Source of the DNA: Candidatus Gastranaerophilales bacterium
Lineage (GTDB): Bacteria; Cyanobacteriota; Vampirovibrionia; Gastranaerophilales; Gastranaerophilaceae
Direction of reading: 5' to 3'
Assembly (NCBI GenBank): GCA_947584965.1
Contig: CANPWQ010000001.1
Location: 12,480-76,479, forward strand
DNA: 64,000 nt
This document shows, piece by piece, positions 15,674-24,386 of the stretch. The notes below the pieces were generated by a model. It ran no database searches, was not told where the DNA came from, and saw only the letters and a program-made list of their open reading frames with translations. Made by a program: the position numbers and the translations under genes. How positions within the stretch are numbered: position 1 is the stretch's first letter; every line of letters starts with the position of its first letter.

Positions 15674-16615
15674 ATGACAAAAAAAGATGATTTTAAAATT
15701 ATATTTCGCGGGATAAGAGGCTCATATCCCGTTGCGGATAAAAATTTCCTTAAATACGGAGGTAATACCTCCTGTGTTGAGGTTATTGCAGGCGGAAAAA
15801 GAATTATTTTAGACGCAGGGAGCGGAATAATTCCGCTCGGTGATAAAATCTATAAAGAGTATATTTCTTCGGCTGAAAATCCGCAAGACAGGCGTCCTAT
15901 GGATATTATCCTGCTTTTAACCCACGTTCATCAAGACCATATACAAGGACTCAACTTTTTTAAACCGATTAACGTACCGTCAACTAAATTTTCTCTTTTT
16001 GGGTACAGCGGGTTTGATTGGGGACTTGATGAAACTCTGTCGGAGCTGTGCTTTGGAAAGTCTTTTCCAATTAATTTATATGATATTACCGCAAATATAT
16101 ATATTTCTAATATATCGGAAACGGATGTCATTACAATTAATAAAGAAAATGAATTACCTGTTTTAAAACGCGTAAGTGATATAGAACAAATAAAACCCAA
16201 GAAAGACGAAATTGTTATTTCCATGGCAAAACTCAATGCACATCCTAACTTTGGTGTTATGAGCTATAAAATTACCTATAATAATAAATCCGTAGTTTAT
16301 GCAACCGACACGGAATGTTATTTTGGAGGAGCAAAAAAATTGGAATTGTTTGCAAAAGATGCAAATCTTTTAATTCATGACAGCCAATATACAACGGAAG
16401 ACTATCTTTCAGCCGCGGCCCCAAAACAAGGTTTTGGGCATTCCACATTTGATATGGCAATTCAAACGGCGAAATCCGCTAATGTTAAACAGCTCGCATT
16501 TTTCCATTTTGATCCGTCTTATAACGATGAAAAATTGACTAATATTGAAAATTACATTAAAAAAAATAACGATAACTGTTTTCTTGCAAAAGAAGGACTT
16601 GAAATTTGTTTATAA
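15674..16615 (+). CDS. MBL-fold metallo-hydrolase
   Basis: LLTHVHQDHIQGL (HxHxDH). I chose the ATG at 15674, since the track start overlaps the previous gene. Confidence 0.85.
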   Translation: MTKKDDFKIIFRGIRGSYPVADKNFLKYGGNTSCVEVIAGGKRIILDAGSGIIPLGDKIYKEYISSAENPQDRRPMDIILLLTHVHQDHIQGLNFFKPINVPSTKFSLFGYSGFDWGLDETLSELCFGKSFPINLYDITANIYISNISETDVITINKENELPVLKRVSDIEQIKPKKDEIVISMAKLNAHPNFGVMSYKITYNNKSVVYATDTECYFGGAKKLELFAKDANLLIHDSQYTTEDYLSAAAPKQGFGHSTFDMAIQTAKSANVKQLAFFHFDPSYNDEKLTNIENYIKKNNDNCFLAKEGLEICL

Positions 16616-17157
16616 ATAAACTGCTTTGTTTGATTTTTACGGGGTTATTTTTTGCTTTATCCTGCTTTGCTGAAGTTACACCGATAAAAGCGGAAAATAA
16701 TGCTTACAGACACAATAACAAAGGACTTTTATACTTAGAGGACAAATATTATTACGGCGCAATTAAAGAATTTCAAATAGCTATTGATTTATGCCCCGAT
16801 AAACAAGCAACCGCAGTTTTTTATGTTAATCTCGGCAAAACTTATGAGGCAATAGGATATTATGAATTGGCAAGACACTGTTTTGAAAAAGCAGTATCGC
16901 TTGACCCGCTTTGTTTTGAATATTATGTAAACTTGGCGGAAAATTACAAAAAACTCGGCATTACAGATGAACAACTTGAAATCTATAAATCAAAAGTCAA
17001 TTCTCCGTTAAGCAATATTGTTATAGGACTTTTATATATTCAAAACGGACATATAACCACAGGTATAACAGTTCTTGATGATTTTTGCGACAAAGAACCT
17101 AATCTTATTATAACGGCAGGTGTAAAAAACTATATAAAAAACCTAACGGACTTATAA
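16606..17157 (+). CDS. TPR repeat protein with signal peptide
   Basis: Signal-like N-terminus LCLIFTGLFFALSCFA. TPR-like AIKEFQIAIDLCPD.. and ARHCFEKAVSLDP. TTG start. Confidence 0.75.
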   Translation: MFINKLLCLIFTGLFFALSCFAEVTPIKAENNAYRHNNKGLLYLEDKYYYGAIKEFQIAIDLCPDKQATAVFYVNLGKTYEAIGYYELARHCFEKAVSLDPLCFEYYVNLAENYKKLGITDEQLEIYKSKVNSPLSNIVIGLLYIQNGHITTGITVLDDFCDKEPNLIITAGVKNYIKNLTDL

Positions 17158-17793
17158 TAATTTCTTTCCGTGCGAGTCACTCCCGCCTGTTTTAATTAAA
17201 TGATATTTATCGGCTATTTTTTCAACCGTTTCTTTTTTATGGAATTTAACAAAACGTCTAAGTCTTTTATATTTATAATAAACTTCAACTCCGTCCAAGC
17301 CCATTTCCACTAAATCTCTGACAAATTCATCCAATGAAAGTGTCCAATAACAACAAGGATGCGCTAAAACAGCTATTGCCCCCGCTGATTTTATTTTTTC
17401 AATAACTTCTTCGGGGTTTCTCAACCGTAACATCCTGTATAACACGGAAGAACACCCTATTTTGTTTTTTGAATACAGAGTTTTTAAATTTTCATTATCA
17501 ATATCTATTCCGTAACCTAAAATATGTATAACATTTCCGCGGTAGAAGCAATCAAACTCAACTCCCGGAATTATCGTATCTTCTTTTAATATATTAGAGC
17601 TTAAATATGCGTCAATGGTATTATGGTCTGTTACGGAGAACAACCTTAATGCCTTTTGATTAACCTGCGCCATTACTTCACAGGGAGTCATCTTTCCGTC
17701 GGAAAAATCAGTGTGAATGTGCAAATCCACATTATTTTTGTAATCTTCTTCGTTGAGTGATTGTAATATTTTCTTTAATTCTTCTTTATTCAT
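17152..17793 (-). CDS. PHP domain phosphoesterase
   Basis: DLHIHTDFSDG, VTDHNT, AHP and GGSDSHG motifs. Confidence 0.85.
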   Translation of the reverse strand: MNKEELKKILQSLNEEDYKNNVDLHIHTDFSDGKMTPCEVMAQVNQKALRLFSVTDHNTIDAYLSSNILKEDTIIPGVEFDCFYRGNVIHILGYGIDIDNENLKTLYSKNKIGCSSVLYRMLRLRNPEEVIEKIKSAGAIAVLAHPCCYWTLSLDEFVRDLVEMGLDGVEVYYKYKRLRRFVKFHKKETVEKIADKYHLIKTGGSDSHGKKLL

Positions 17794-17833
17794 GCTATTA
17801 ATATGCTAATATAAAACATAAAAAAGGGAAAGT

Positions 17834-18826
17834 ATGACAAAAAAAAATTCTAATAAATTTACAGGTGTTTTTAAAATATTTTTTTCAAGCATTAAATCAT
17901 ATTTTTTGTATCTTGACCAATGCGCAAAACAGCTGGCATTCCCTGTTTTCGGTCAAGTATTAAGTATAATCGCAATTTTTGCCTTTACTCACTTATTTGT
18001 TTCTAATTTTGAAAATATTAAAAGTTTTAACTCTTTTTTTGCAAATGAAAAAAATTTAATAATAACTTTTTTTGTTATATTATCACCATTATTTTTTATT
18101 CTTATGAAAGCAATTTTTGACTATCTTATTGCATTTGCTTCTCTTAACCTTTTGTTTTACACAACATCAGGAAAATCCAAAGTAAAAAATATTGATTTTA
18201 AAGCAAATAATAATGTTATTAAACGTAAACTTCCAGCATATATATTACTTATGCTTATTGTGAGTTTAATTACCATAATATCGGTTATTCCGCCATTAAT
18301 ACTGATTTTACCGTTCTTATGCTTATGTTTTCAAATATTTGCACTTGAAGGTGATGTTTCCGCTTTTTATTCCGTTAAAAGAAGTATTGAGCTTGTTAAA
18401 AGCAACATAATACCCGTAATTATTATGTTATTACTCTGTTATTTCACCACTTATGAATTTTTACCTAATCTGTTTTTATGGGCATTTGATAAAATTTCTT
18501 TCTCAACTTTTGTTATCGGAAGATTTGAAACATTTTTCAATATTATTCCTTTTTCAGATTTTAACAATAATTTAAAATTAATTGCTGACACTATGACCTC
18601 GGGAATAGTCCAAACTCCCGATAATCTTCTTAATCCGCTGGATAGCGCTATGGCTGCATACAAGTTAATGATTTCTTTTATTATTATCGGATTTACACTT
18701 CCTTTTAGGTGCTGCTGTTTTACGGAATTATATAAATTATTTGACGCGGGTAAAATTAAAGAAAATTCAAAACAAACCGAAGAAATTATAAAAAGAGCTA
18801 CTGGAAGAAAAAGAAAAAATGTTTAA
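17834..18826 (+). CDS. polytopic integral membrane protein, unknown function
   Basis: Several long hydrophobic segments and a basic C-terminus. Confidence 0.7.
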   Translation: MTKKNSNKFTGVFKIFFSSIKSYFLYLDQCAKQLAFPVFGQVLSIIAIFAFTHLFVSNFENIKSFNSFFANEKNLIITFFVILSPLFFILMKAIFDYLIAFASLNLLFYTTSGKSKVKNIDFKANNNVIKRKLPAYILLMLIVSLITIISVIPPLILILPFLCLCFQIFALEGDVSAFYSVKRSIELVKSNIIPVIIMLLLCYFTTYEFLPNLFLWAFDKISFSTFVIGRFETFFNIIPFSDFNNNLKLIADTMTSGIVQTPDNLLNPLDSAMAAYKLMISFIIIGFTLPFRCCCFTELYKLFDAGKIKENSKQTEEIIKRATGRKRKNV

Positions 18827-19034
18827 ATGCAAAAAATGTAATTCAATTGATAAATTTGAATTAATGTTTAATCCCGATTACAAAGGAGAAAAAACATTTT
18901 TAACCGAATATACAAAAAACGGTGATATTAAAATCACCGTTGACGGTTATACTTTTATTCCCGACATTAAGTTTATGAACGCCCATGCAGTCTGCCGTTA
19001 CTGCGGAAATATAAACTGCTGGGATTATAATTAA
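18819..19034 (+). CDS. small zinc-ribbon-like protein (CxxC..CxxC)
   Basis: CKKC near the N-terminus and CRYC near the C-terminus. Overlaps the upstream gene by 8 nt. Confidence 0.5.
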   Translation: MFKCKKCNSIDKFELMFNPDYKGEKTFLTEYTKNGDIKITVDGYTFIPDIKFMNAHAVCRYCGNINCWDYN

Positions 19035-19136
19035 ATTTGTTGCAACTGCAACTTTTTAATAAAAATAAAGACTTTTGTTTGCGATGTCTTGAGCAAACAA
19101 TACGGTGAGAGTCCTATTATTTAAAGAAAAAGAAAC

Positions 19137-19218
19137 TGTCGAAGATGGGACTCGAACCCACAAGGCGTGAACCACATGAACCTGAATCATGCGCGTCTAC
19201 CAATTTCGCCACTTCGAC
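19137..19218 (-). tRNA. tRNA-Leu (anticodon CAG), class II with long variable arm; CCA not encoded
   Basis: GUCGAAG-UG-GCGAAAUUGGUAGACGC-G-CAUGA-UUCAGGU-UCAUG-UGGUUCACGCCUUGU-GGGUUCGAGUCCCAU-CUUCGAC-A folds as a cloverleaf. Confidence 0.9.
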
Positions 19219-19253
19219 ATAGTTTCTAAGTATTCAATTGTCAGATTAACTCA

Positions 19254-19346
19254 GTCGTCTGTGGCTCATGGTTTTCTCTCCGTTCAAACCCCTCTCCTCG
19301 AAAGGTACACTGTACCTTCCTCGTCGGCAGAGTGCCACTTCGACAT
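19254..19346 (-). ncRNA. structured G/C-rich leader or ncRNA upstream of tRNA-Leu, with a 5' end identical to the tRNA 5' end
   Basis: Minus strand: closing helix GUCG..GUGGC / GCCAC..CGAC. Hairpin CGAGGAAGGUAC-AGU-GUACCUUUCG includes a G-U pair that would be A-C on the other strand. A second hairpin is GGUUU-N11-AAACC. Confidence 0.3.
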
Positions 19347-19356
19347 TGTCCTATTT

Positions 19357-19365
19357 ATTCTAACA
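19357..19365 (-). promoter_or_regulatory. extended -10 element (TGTTAGAAT) driving the leader and tRNA-Leu transcript
   Basis: The reverse complement reads TGTTAGAAT. It lies between the adh terminator and the structured leader. Confidence 0.4.
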
Positions 19366-19371
19366 TAAATA

Positions 19372-19404
19372 TATAAAAAAGGGAGAGTGTGCGAACTCTC
19401 CCTT
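19372..19404 (-). terminator. rho-independent terminator of the alcohol dehydrogenase gene
   Basis: Minus strand GGGAGAG-uucgcaca-CUCUCCC followed by UUUUUU. Confidence 0.75.
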
Positions 19405-19411
19405 TTAATTA

Positions 19412-20626
19412 TTATTTATTATATGGTTTTAAAGACTCGGTAAATATAGCTTTTACCGTTTCTTTATTACCGTCAACAGGGGCAATTGCAAGTAAACCCG
19501 ATAATGACGGAGTTTCAAAGGTTAAATTAACAAGTTTATCTATATCTGCTTCAGAAAATCCTTCATCTGATAATTTTTTCTTTATTCCAACAGAATATAA
19601 CCATTCTTCTACTTTTTTAGCGGCAAATTCCGCTTCATCAGGTGTTCCTTTTAATTCGGGTATTACTGTATGGAACAAGGTCGCTATTGTTTTTGCTTTC
19701 GCAGGATAGATGTACTTAATTACCGCAGGTAATATCATTGCAAGCCCTAATCCGTGTGATAATTTCGGTTTAACTCCGCTCAGGGGATGTTCAAGAGCAT
19801 GCGTAAAATGTAATAATCCGTTATCAAAACTTACTCCGCCTAAAATCGAAGCATAAAGCAAGAAATACCTTGCCTCTTTATCGTTAGGATTAGCATTTAT
19901 CTTCGGCAAATACTTTCCTACAAGTTCAATACATTCTTTTGCCGTTGATACGGATAAAGGCGAAGCGACTTTTGATGTTGCTGCTTCAACAGAGTGGTTA
20001 ACCGCATCTATTGATACATATATTGTCTGCTCCGGTGATAAATTCATCATCAAAGCAGGGTCATCTATTGAATATGACGGATATATGCAATCATAAGCAA
20101 TAGCAGGTTTATATTGAGTTTCAGGAATAGTAACAACCGCAAATCTGTTTGTTTCCGTTCCCGTACCGTGAGTTAAATTTATTGCCACAATAGGAACGGC
20201 TTTTTCGGGAATAAACTTAAATTCCATAACTTCACGCGCACTAACACCGTTATTAGCCAGTAAAATCGCTGCTGTCTTTGCCGCGTCAATAGGTGAGCCA
20301 CCGCCTATACCCATAACAGCTTTTGCACCAAATTCCCGCCCCAGTTTTGCAGCCTCATCAACCGCTTCAACCGTCGGATTCGGCGTTACTTCAGCATAAT
20401 TTACATATAAAATACCGTTATTTTTAAACGCTTTTTCAATTACTTCCCAAGCTCCCGAGGATTTATAAGCATTTCGCCCTGAAACTACAAGCACTTTATC
20501 AAGTCCTTTTGATTTCATGTCCTTTGCAATATCTTCCATTTTGTTAATAGCCCCAAAACCAAAATATACATTTGGCTTTACTCTTAACTCAACAACAGAG
20601 TTAATATCAACTTCACTTTTCCACAT
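19412..20626 (-). CDS. iron-containing (group III) alcohol dehydrogenase
   Basis: GIGGGSPIDAAK and HGTGTE.., with a His-rich metal site (HALEHPLS). ATG at 20626 is preceded by GAAAGGAG; the track's 56-aa extension is rejected. Confidence 0.9.
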   Translation of the reverse strand: MWKSEVDINSVVELRVKPNVYFGFGAINKMEDIAKDMKSKGLDKVLVVSGRNAYKSSGAWEVIEKAFKNNGILYVNYAEVTPNPTVEAVDEAAKLGREFGAKAVMGIGGGSPIDAAKTAAILLANNGVSAREVMEFKFIPEKAVPIVAINLTHGTGTETNRFAVVTIPETQYKPAIAYDCIYPSYSIDDPALMMNLSPEQTIYVSIDAVNHSVEAATSKVASPLSVSTAKECIELVGKYLPKINANPNDKEARYFLLYASILGGVSFDNGLLHFTHALEHPLSGVKPKLSHGLGLAMILPAVIKYIYPAKAKTIATLFHTVIPELKGTPDEAEFAAKKVEEWLYSVGIKKKLSDEGFSEADIDKLVNLTFETPSLSGLLAIAPVDGNKETVKAIFTESLKPYNK

Positions 20627-20745
20627 AGGGTTCTCCTTTCTTGAATATCCGATTATACAATATTTTTTGCAATTTTGAAATAAAATTTTTATGTTGACTC
20701 CGCTATTCTTATCCAATATACTAAAAATAAACACGAGAGGGGAAT

Positions 20746-21705
20746 ATGGAACAAATTGATGCGGCTGTTCAGTCATATAAAAAACCGGAATCACTGATTT
20801 ATTCTTTATTAAGCCTTAAAAACTCTTTAAACTTTGATAAAGAGGAAAATCCTAATTTTTACCTTGATACCATTTGGATAGATGACGATTTATCAGGTGA
20901 AGATACGGTTAAACATTACAAAGACCCTGCTTTTATTGAGGCTATGGCGCCTATTAATATTAAAGTCAGAGTTAATAAAAAAAAGTTCAGACCCGGAAGA
21001 ACCGTTTTAACTTGGCCTATTCCGCCTTATATTAAAGATTATCTGCCTAAAGATTTAAAAAGATATATTAGAGCTTTCTTTACCTTCGGACTTACAACCG
21101 AAGATGATATCCGCTATCAGTGGGCTATAAATAATACTAAAGCAAAGAAATTATTTATATTACACGATGATATTCTTTTTACGGGAAATATAATAAAAAA
21201 ATTTTTTAATACTTTTCAAAAAAATTCAAACTTAATTATTGCAGGGGATTTGGGATTATGCTGGATGTGCCCTCATAATAACATTTGCTCTCCCGAAAAA
21301 ATATTAAAAAAAATATATCCATCACCAATTTATCCTAAAACAAAAAGACGTGAATGCACTGAATTGCGTTTATTTACAAGAGATTACGAACGACTGTGCC
21401 GAATAAGTGAATGGTGCTGTATGCTAGATGTTGAAAAAACCAAAACATTAAAATCCCACTTCGGAAACTATATTGACGGCGGTGATGTTGCTTGTTATTG
21501 GTTTGAAGAAGTATTTCATTCGGGATACGACTTCACCGACCCGCTTTTATCCGTAGAGGAGAAACTAAAATATTATAACCATCCTTGGCAAGGACACAGC
21601 GGACATAGTGTTTGGGAAGATCAAGGCAATGGTATTCAGCCTTATGATAAAGATTTAATCAATAAAAAATTACTCGAAGATTTTAATTATAAATTAAATT
21701 ACTAA
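20746..21705 (+). CDS. hypothetical protein with a GT-A-like N-terminal half and a Cys-rich C-terminal half
   Basis: AAVQSYKKPESLIYSLLSL, IWIDDD and FILHDDILF (DxD-like). The Cys-rich half includes CWMCPHNNIC and CRISEWCC. Confidence 0.55.
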   Translation: MEQIDAAVQSYKKPESLIYSLLSLKNSLNFDKEENPNFYLDTIWIDDDLSGEDTVKHYKDPAFIEAMAPINIKVRVNKKKFRPGRTVLTWPIPPYIKDYLPKDLKRYIRAFFTFGLTTEDDIRYQWAINNTKAKKLFILHDDILFTGNIIKKFFNTFQKNSNLIIAGDLGLCWMCPHNNICSPEKILKKIYPSPIYPKTKRRECTELRLFTRDYERLCRISEWCCMLDVEKTKTLKSHFGNYIDGGDVACYWFEEVFHSGYDFTDPLLSVEEKLKYYNHPWQGHSGHSVWEDQGNGIQPYDKDLINKKLLEDFNYKLNY

Positions 21706-21756
21706 GCCTTGCCTTAAAAATTTAATATTATAAAATGTTCTTATAAAGGACAAAAA

Positions 21757-22734
21757 ATGCATTACAAAAGCTGTCAATGGGTAAATAGAGGTATAGAATT
21801 CCGCACCGATAACCTTAGAATATGCTGCTACGGTTATCTTCAAGGACGCGAAACGGAATATCAAACAACAATCCGCGAAAATTACCACGGTGAGCTTATT
21901 GATTGGAATGAAATTTTTAAAATCAAAGATGAATTAAAATCAATGCATAAACAAGGTAAGTATTTAGAAGCCTGCAAAGACTGCATTTATCTTCAGGAAA
22001 AAGATTGGGATGAAGAAAATTATATAAATCATTTTACTCTTAACCATTGGACTAAATGCAACTGCAATTGCACATACTGTTATACTAAAAATGATAAAAA
22101 AGCCTTTAATTCATACAAAGAATATCCGCTTTACCCGATAATTAAAGATATGTTTAAAAAAGACATCATAAAAAAAACGGCTGAGTCCTGTATAATCTTT
22201 GGCGGGGGTGAACCTACAATTTTAAAGGATTTTGATAAACTTATTGACCTTTTTTTAGAAAAAGGTTGTAAAAATATAAGAATTAACTCCTCGGGGATTA
22301 AATATTCAAAAAGTATTGAAAAAGGATTGAAATTAGGGGCTATAAGCCTTGTTATCTCTACTGACGCAGGCTGCCGAGAAACTTATGAAAAAATCAAAGG
22401 AGTTAAAACATATAAAAAAGTTTGGGGAAACATCCGTAAATACGCGAAAGCCCAAAAAGAACCTAATCTTTTAAAAGTAAAATTTATTCTTTACCCTAAC
22501 GTAAACGACAATTATGAAGAAATAAATAAATGGTTTGACGAGGTAGTGAAAAACGGGGTTAAAGCTGTCAGCTTAAGCGTTGAACAAGATTGGTATAATA
22601 CTCATCAACCCGAATTTACGCCTCAAATATATGAACAAATCGCGTATATGGAAACCCGTGCAAAAGAACTAAATCTTGATATGGAGATATACTGCGAAGC
22701 TCTTGCAGTTTTAAGGGAACATAAGAATAAATAA
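21757..22734 (+). CDS. radical SAM enzyme, unknown substrate
   Basis: CX3CX2C within HWTKCNCNCTYCY; GGGEPT SAM-binding motif; extra N-terminal cysteines (CQW..ICCYGY..CKDC). Confidence 0.85.
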   Translation: MHYKSCQWVNRGIEFRTDNLRICCYGYLQGRETEYQTTIRENYHGELIDWNEIFKIKDELKSMHKQGKYLEACKDCIYLQEKDWDEENYINHFTLNHWTKCNCNCTYCYTKNDKKAFNSYKEYPLYPIIKDMFKKDIIKKTAESCIIFGGGEPTILKDFDKLIDLFLEKGCKNIRINSSGIKYSKSIEKGLKLGAISLVISTDAGCRETYEKIKGVKTYKKVWGNIRKYAKAQKEPNLLKVKFILYPNVNDNYEEINKWFDEVVKNGVKAVSLSVEQDWYNTHQPEFTPQIYEQIAYMETRAKELNLDMEIYCEALAVLREHKNK

Positions 22735-22736
22735 AA

Positions 22737-22760
22737 AAAGAGGTTTAAAACCTCTTTAAA
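22737..22760. terminator. hairpin between the radical SAM gene and tRNA-Glu (convergent)
   Basis: AAGAGGUUU-AA-AACCUCUU flanked by A/T runs on both sides. Confidence 0.5.
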
Positions 22761-22762
22761 AA

Positions 22763-22838
22763 TGGTAGTCCCAAGGGGATTTGAACCCCTGTCGCATCCG
22801 TGAAAGGGATGTGTCCTAGGCCTCTAGACGATGGGACC
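22763..22838 (-). tRNA. tRNA-Glu (anticodon UUC), CCA encoded
   Basis: GGUCCCA-UC-GUCUAGAGGCCUAGGAC-A-CAUCC-CUUUCAC-GGAUG-CGAC-AGGGGUUCAAAUCCCCU-UGGGACU-ACCA. Confidence 0.9.
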
Positions 22839-22852
22839 AAGTAACATATATA

Positions 22853-22881
22853 AGTTTATCTAAAGCATAATTTAGAGTCAA
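22853..22881 (-). promoter_or_regulatory. putative sigma-70 promoter of tRNA-Glu
   Basis: Minus strand TTGACT, 17 nt spacer, TAAACT, ending about 14 nt upstream of the tRNA 5' end. Confidence 0.35.
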
Positions 22882-23046
22882 GTGCTTTGATAAAAATGTT
22901 CTCTTTTTTATGTTATATCTGTAATTCATTTGATATTACTCACATGTATACCTTGTTGACTATACTGACAGGTCATAGTTTCCTTCAATTTTTTTAACTA
23001 TTTATTTAATAGATAAATTGTTTTATGTAAAGGTATTTTTTTAGTA

Positions 23047-23646
23047 ATGTCAAAAAGAAAATATAAAGAAATGAATTTATATGACTTGATATGTTCTGCA
23101 CAGGAAGATGATTATGATGCTCTTGAAGAACTTATCAGACGTGAACAGAAAAATGTCTTTGCGTCTTTTTGTTATCTTGGTGCTCAACGCGAAAATTTAT
23201 CCGATTTAACTCAAGAAGCATTATTTAGAGTTTCTAAAAATATTAAGAATTTAAAAAATCCTAAACTTTTTAAATCCTGGCTTGGTCAGATTATTTCTAA
23301 TTTATTTTATGATGATTTAAGAAAAAAACAGCGTATTCCCGATTCTGTTTCCATTGAGTCTTACTGGTTAAATGATGATACCGCTGATGATAACGTATTA
23401 AATATTTGTGATAATACAACCAAGCCCGATGAAAAAACTCTTGGAAAAGAGCTTACTGATGTTATTAGAGAAATGATTGGCAGGTTGCCCGAGCATTTTA
23501 GGCTGGTAATTATTTTGCGCGAGCTTCAAGGGCTTAGTTATGAAGAAATTGCCAAAATTACTCATACTAATGTCGGCACCGTTAAATCGAGAATATCTCG
23601 TGCCAGAAATAAACTGCAAGAGTGCCTTAAACCTTATTTGACTTAA
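23047..23646 (+). CDS. ECF-type RNA polymerase sigma factor
   Basis: Region 2 (DLTQEALFRV..FKSWLGQI) and region 4 HTH (LSYEEIAKITHTNVGTVKSRISRARNKL). Confidence 0.9.
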   Translation: MSKRKYKEMNLYDLICSAQEDDYDALEELIRREQKNVFASFCYLGAQRENLSDLTQEALFRVSKNIKNLKNPKLFKSWLGQIISNLFYDDLRKKQRIPDSVSIESYWLNDDTADDNVLNICDNTTKPDEKTLGKELTDVIREMIGRLPEHFRLVIILRELQGLSYEEIAKITHTNVGTVKSRISRARNKLQECLKPYLT

Positions 23647-23662
23647 CTATGGGAGATTAACA

Positions 23663-24343
23663 TTGAATAATTCCGTTTGTAAAAAAGTAGTATCCATGCT
23701 TGCTTTATATATTGAAAATAAACTTGATGACAATGAAAGATTGTTTGTGGAAAATCATTTTGCCGTTTGTCCCGATTGTTATCAAAAATTTCTTGAAATG
23801 AAAGAAATTATAGGTAATCTTCATTATGAATATAAAAAACTTCTTAATGAATTTGAACGGATTGAAGCAAATAAAATCTTTAATATTAGAGAATATGAGA
23901 TGTTTTACAAAAATATTTCTCCATATATTGATGATGAACTTTGTTACGATGAAAGTATTAAATTCAGAAAGTATTTGTTAAAATCTAAACCGGCTAGGGC
24001 AGAACTCGCTTCTGCTTACGGCTTAAAAAACAGTATAAAAAACTCTGTTGCAACTTATAAAGATAATTTGAATATCAATTTTCCAAAAAAAATTGTTAAT
24101 ATGCTCAAAGAAGAGAATAAGGACTCTTTTGAAAATGTATATAAACGTGCTGCTCTTGTTTTAGGTTTTATGATTACAGCGCTTATTATTGCTTCAGTTT
24201 ATATGGGCTTTAATTATTTTAATCAATCCGTAGCTCACGATAAAATCGGTTATGCTCGGGAGTCTTTTTATTTTCCTTATAGTGATGATGAAATGGTGGA
24301 GTTTTCTTTCGACGGAAATGAGGTTTTGTTGAGTTATAAATAA
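23663..24343 (+). CDS. anti-sigma factor (zf-HC2 type), single-pass membrane
   Basis: HFAVCPDCYQKF zinc-finger motif and one TM segment (AALVLGFMITALIIASVYMGF). Sits 17 nt after the sigma gene. TTG start with GGGAG RBS. Confidence 0.75.
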   Translation: MNNSVCKKVVSMLALYIENKLDDNERLFVENHFAVCPDCYQKFLEMKEIIGNLHYEYKKLLNEFERIEANKIFNIREYEMFYKNISPYIDDELCYDESIKFRKYLLKSKPARAELASAYGLKNSIKNSVATYKDNLNINFPKKIVNMLKEENKDSFENVYKRAALVLGFMITALIIASVYMGFNYFNQSVAHDKIGYARESFYFPYSDDEMVEFSFDGNEVLLSYK

Positions 24344-24386
24344 ATTAATATGGAAAATCTTATTGACTGTGTTATATTTAAAAAAT

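Noticed and set aside
19208-19346. The 13-nt direct repeat of the tRNA-Leu end as att sites of an integrated element
   Set aside because: The repeat copies the 5' end of the tRNA rather than the usual 3' end. The repeats are only 126 nt apart, and no integrase or cargo lies between or near them.
20627-20794. 56-aa N-terminal extension of the alcohol dehydrogenase
   Set aside because: The extension has no homology pattern and overlaps the divergent gene start at 20746. The ATG at 20626 has a GAAAGGAG RBS and gives a normal-length Fe-ADH.
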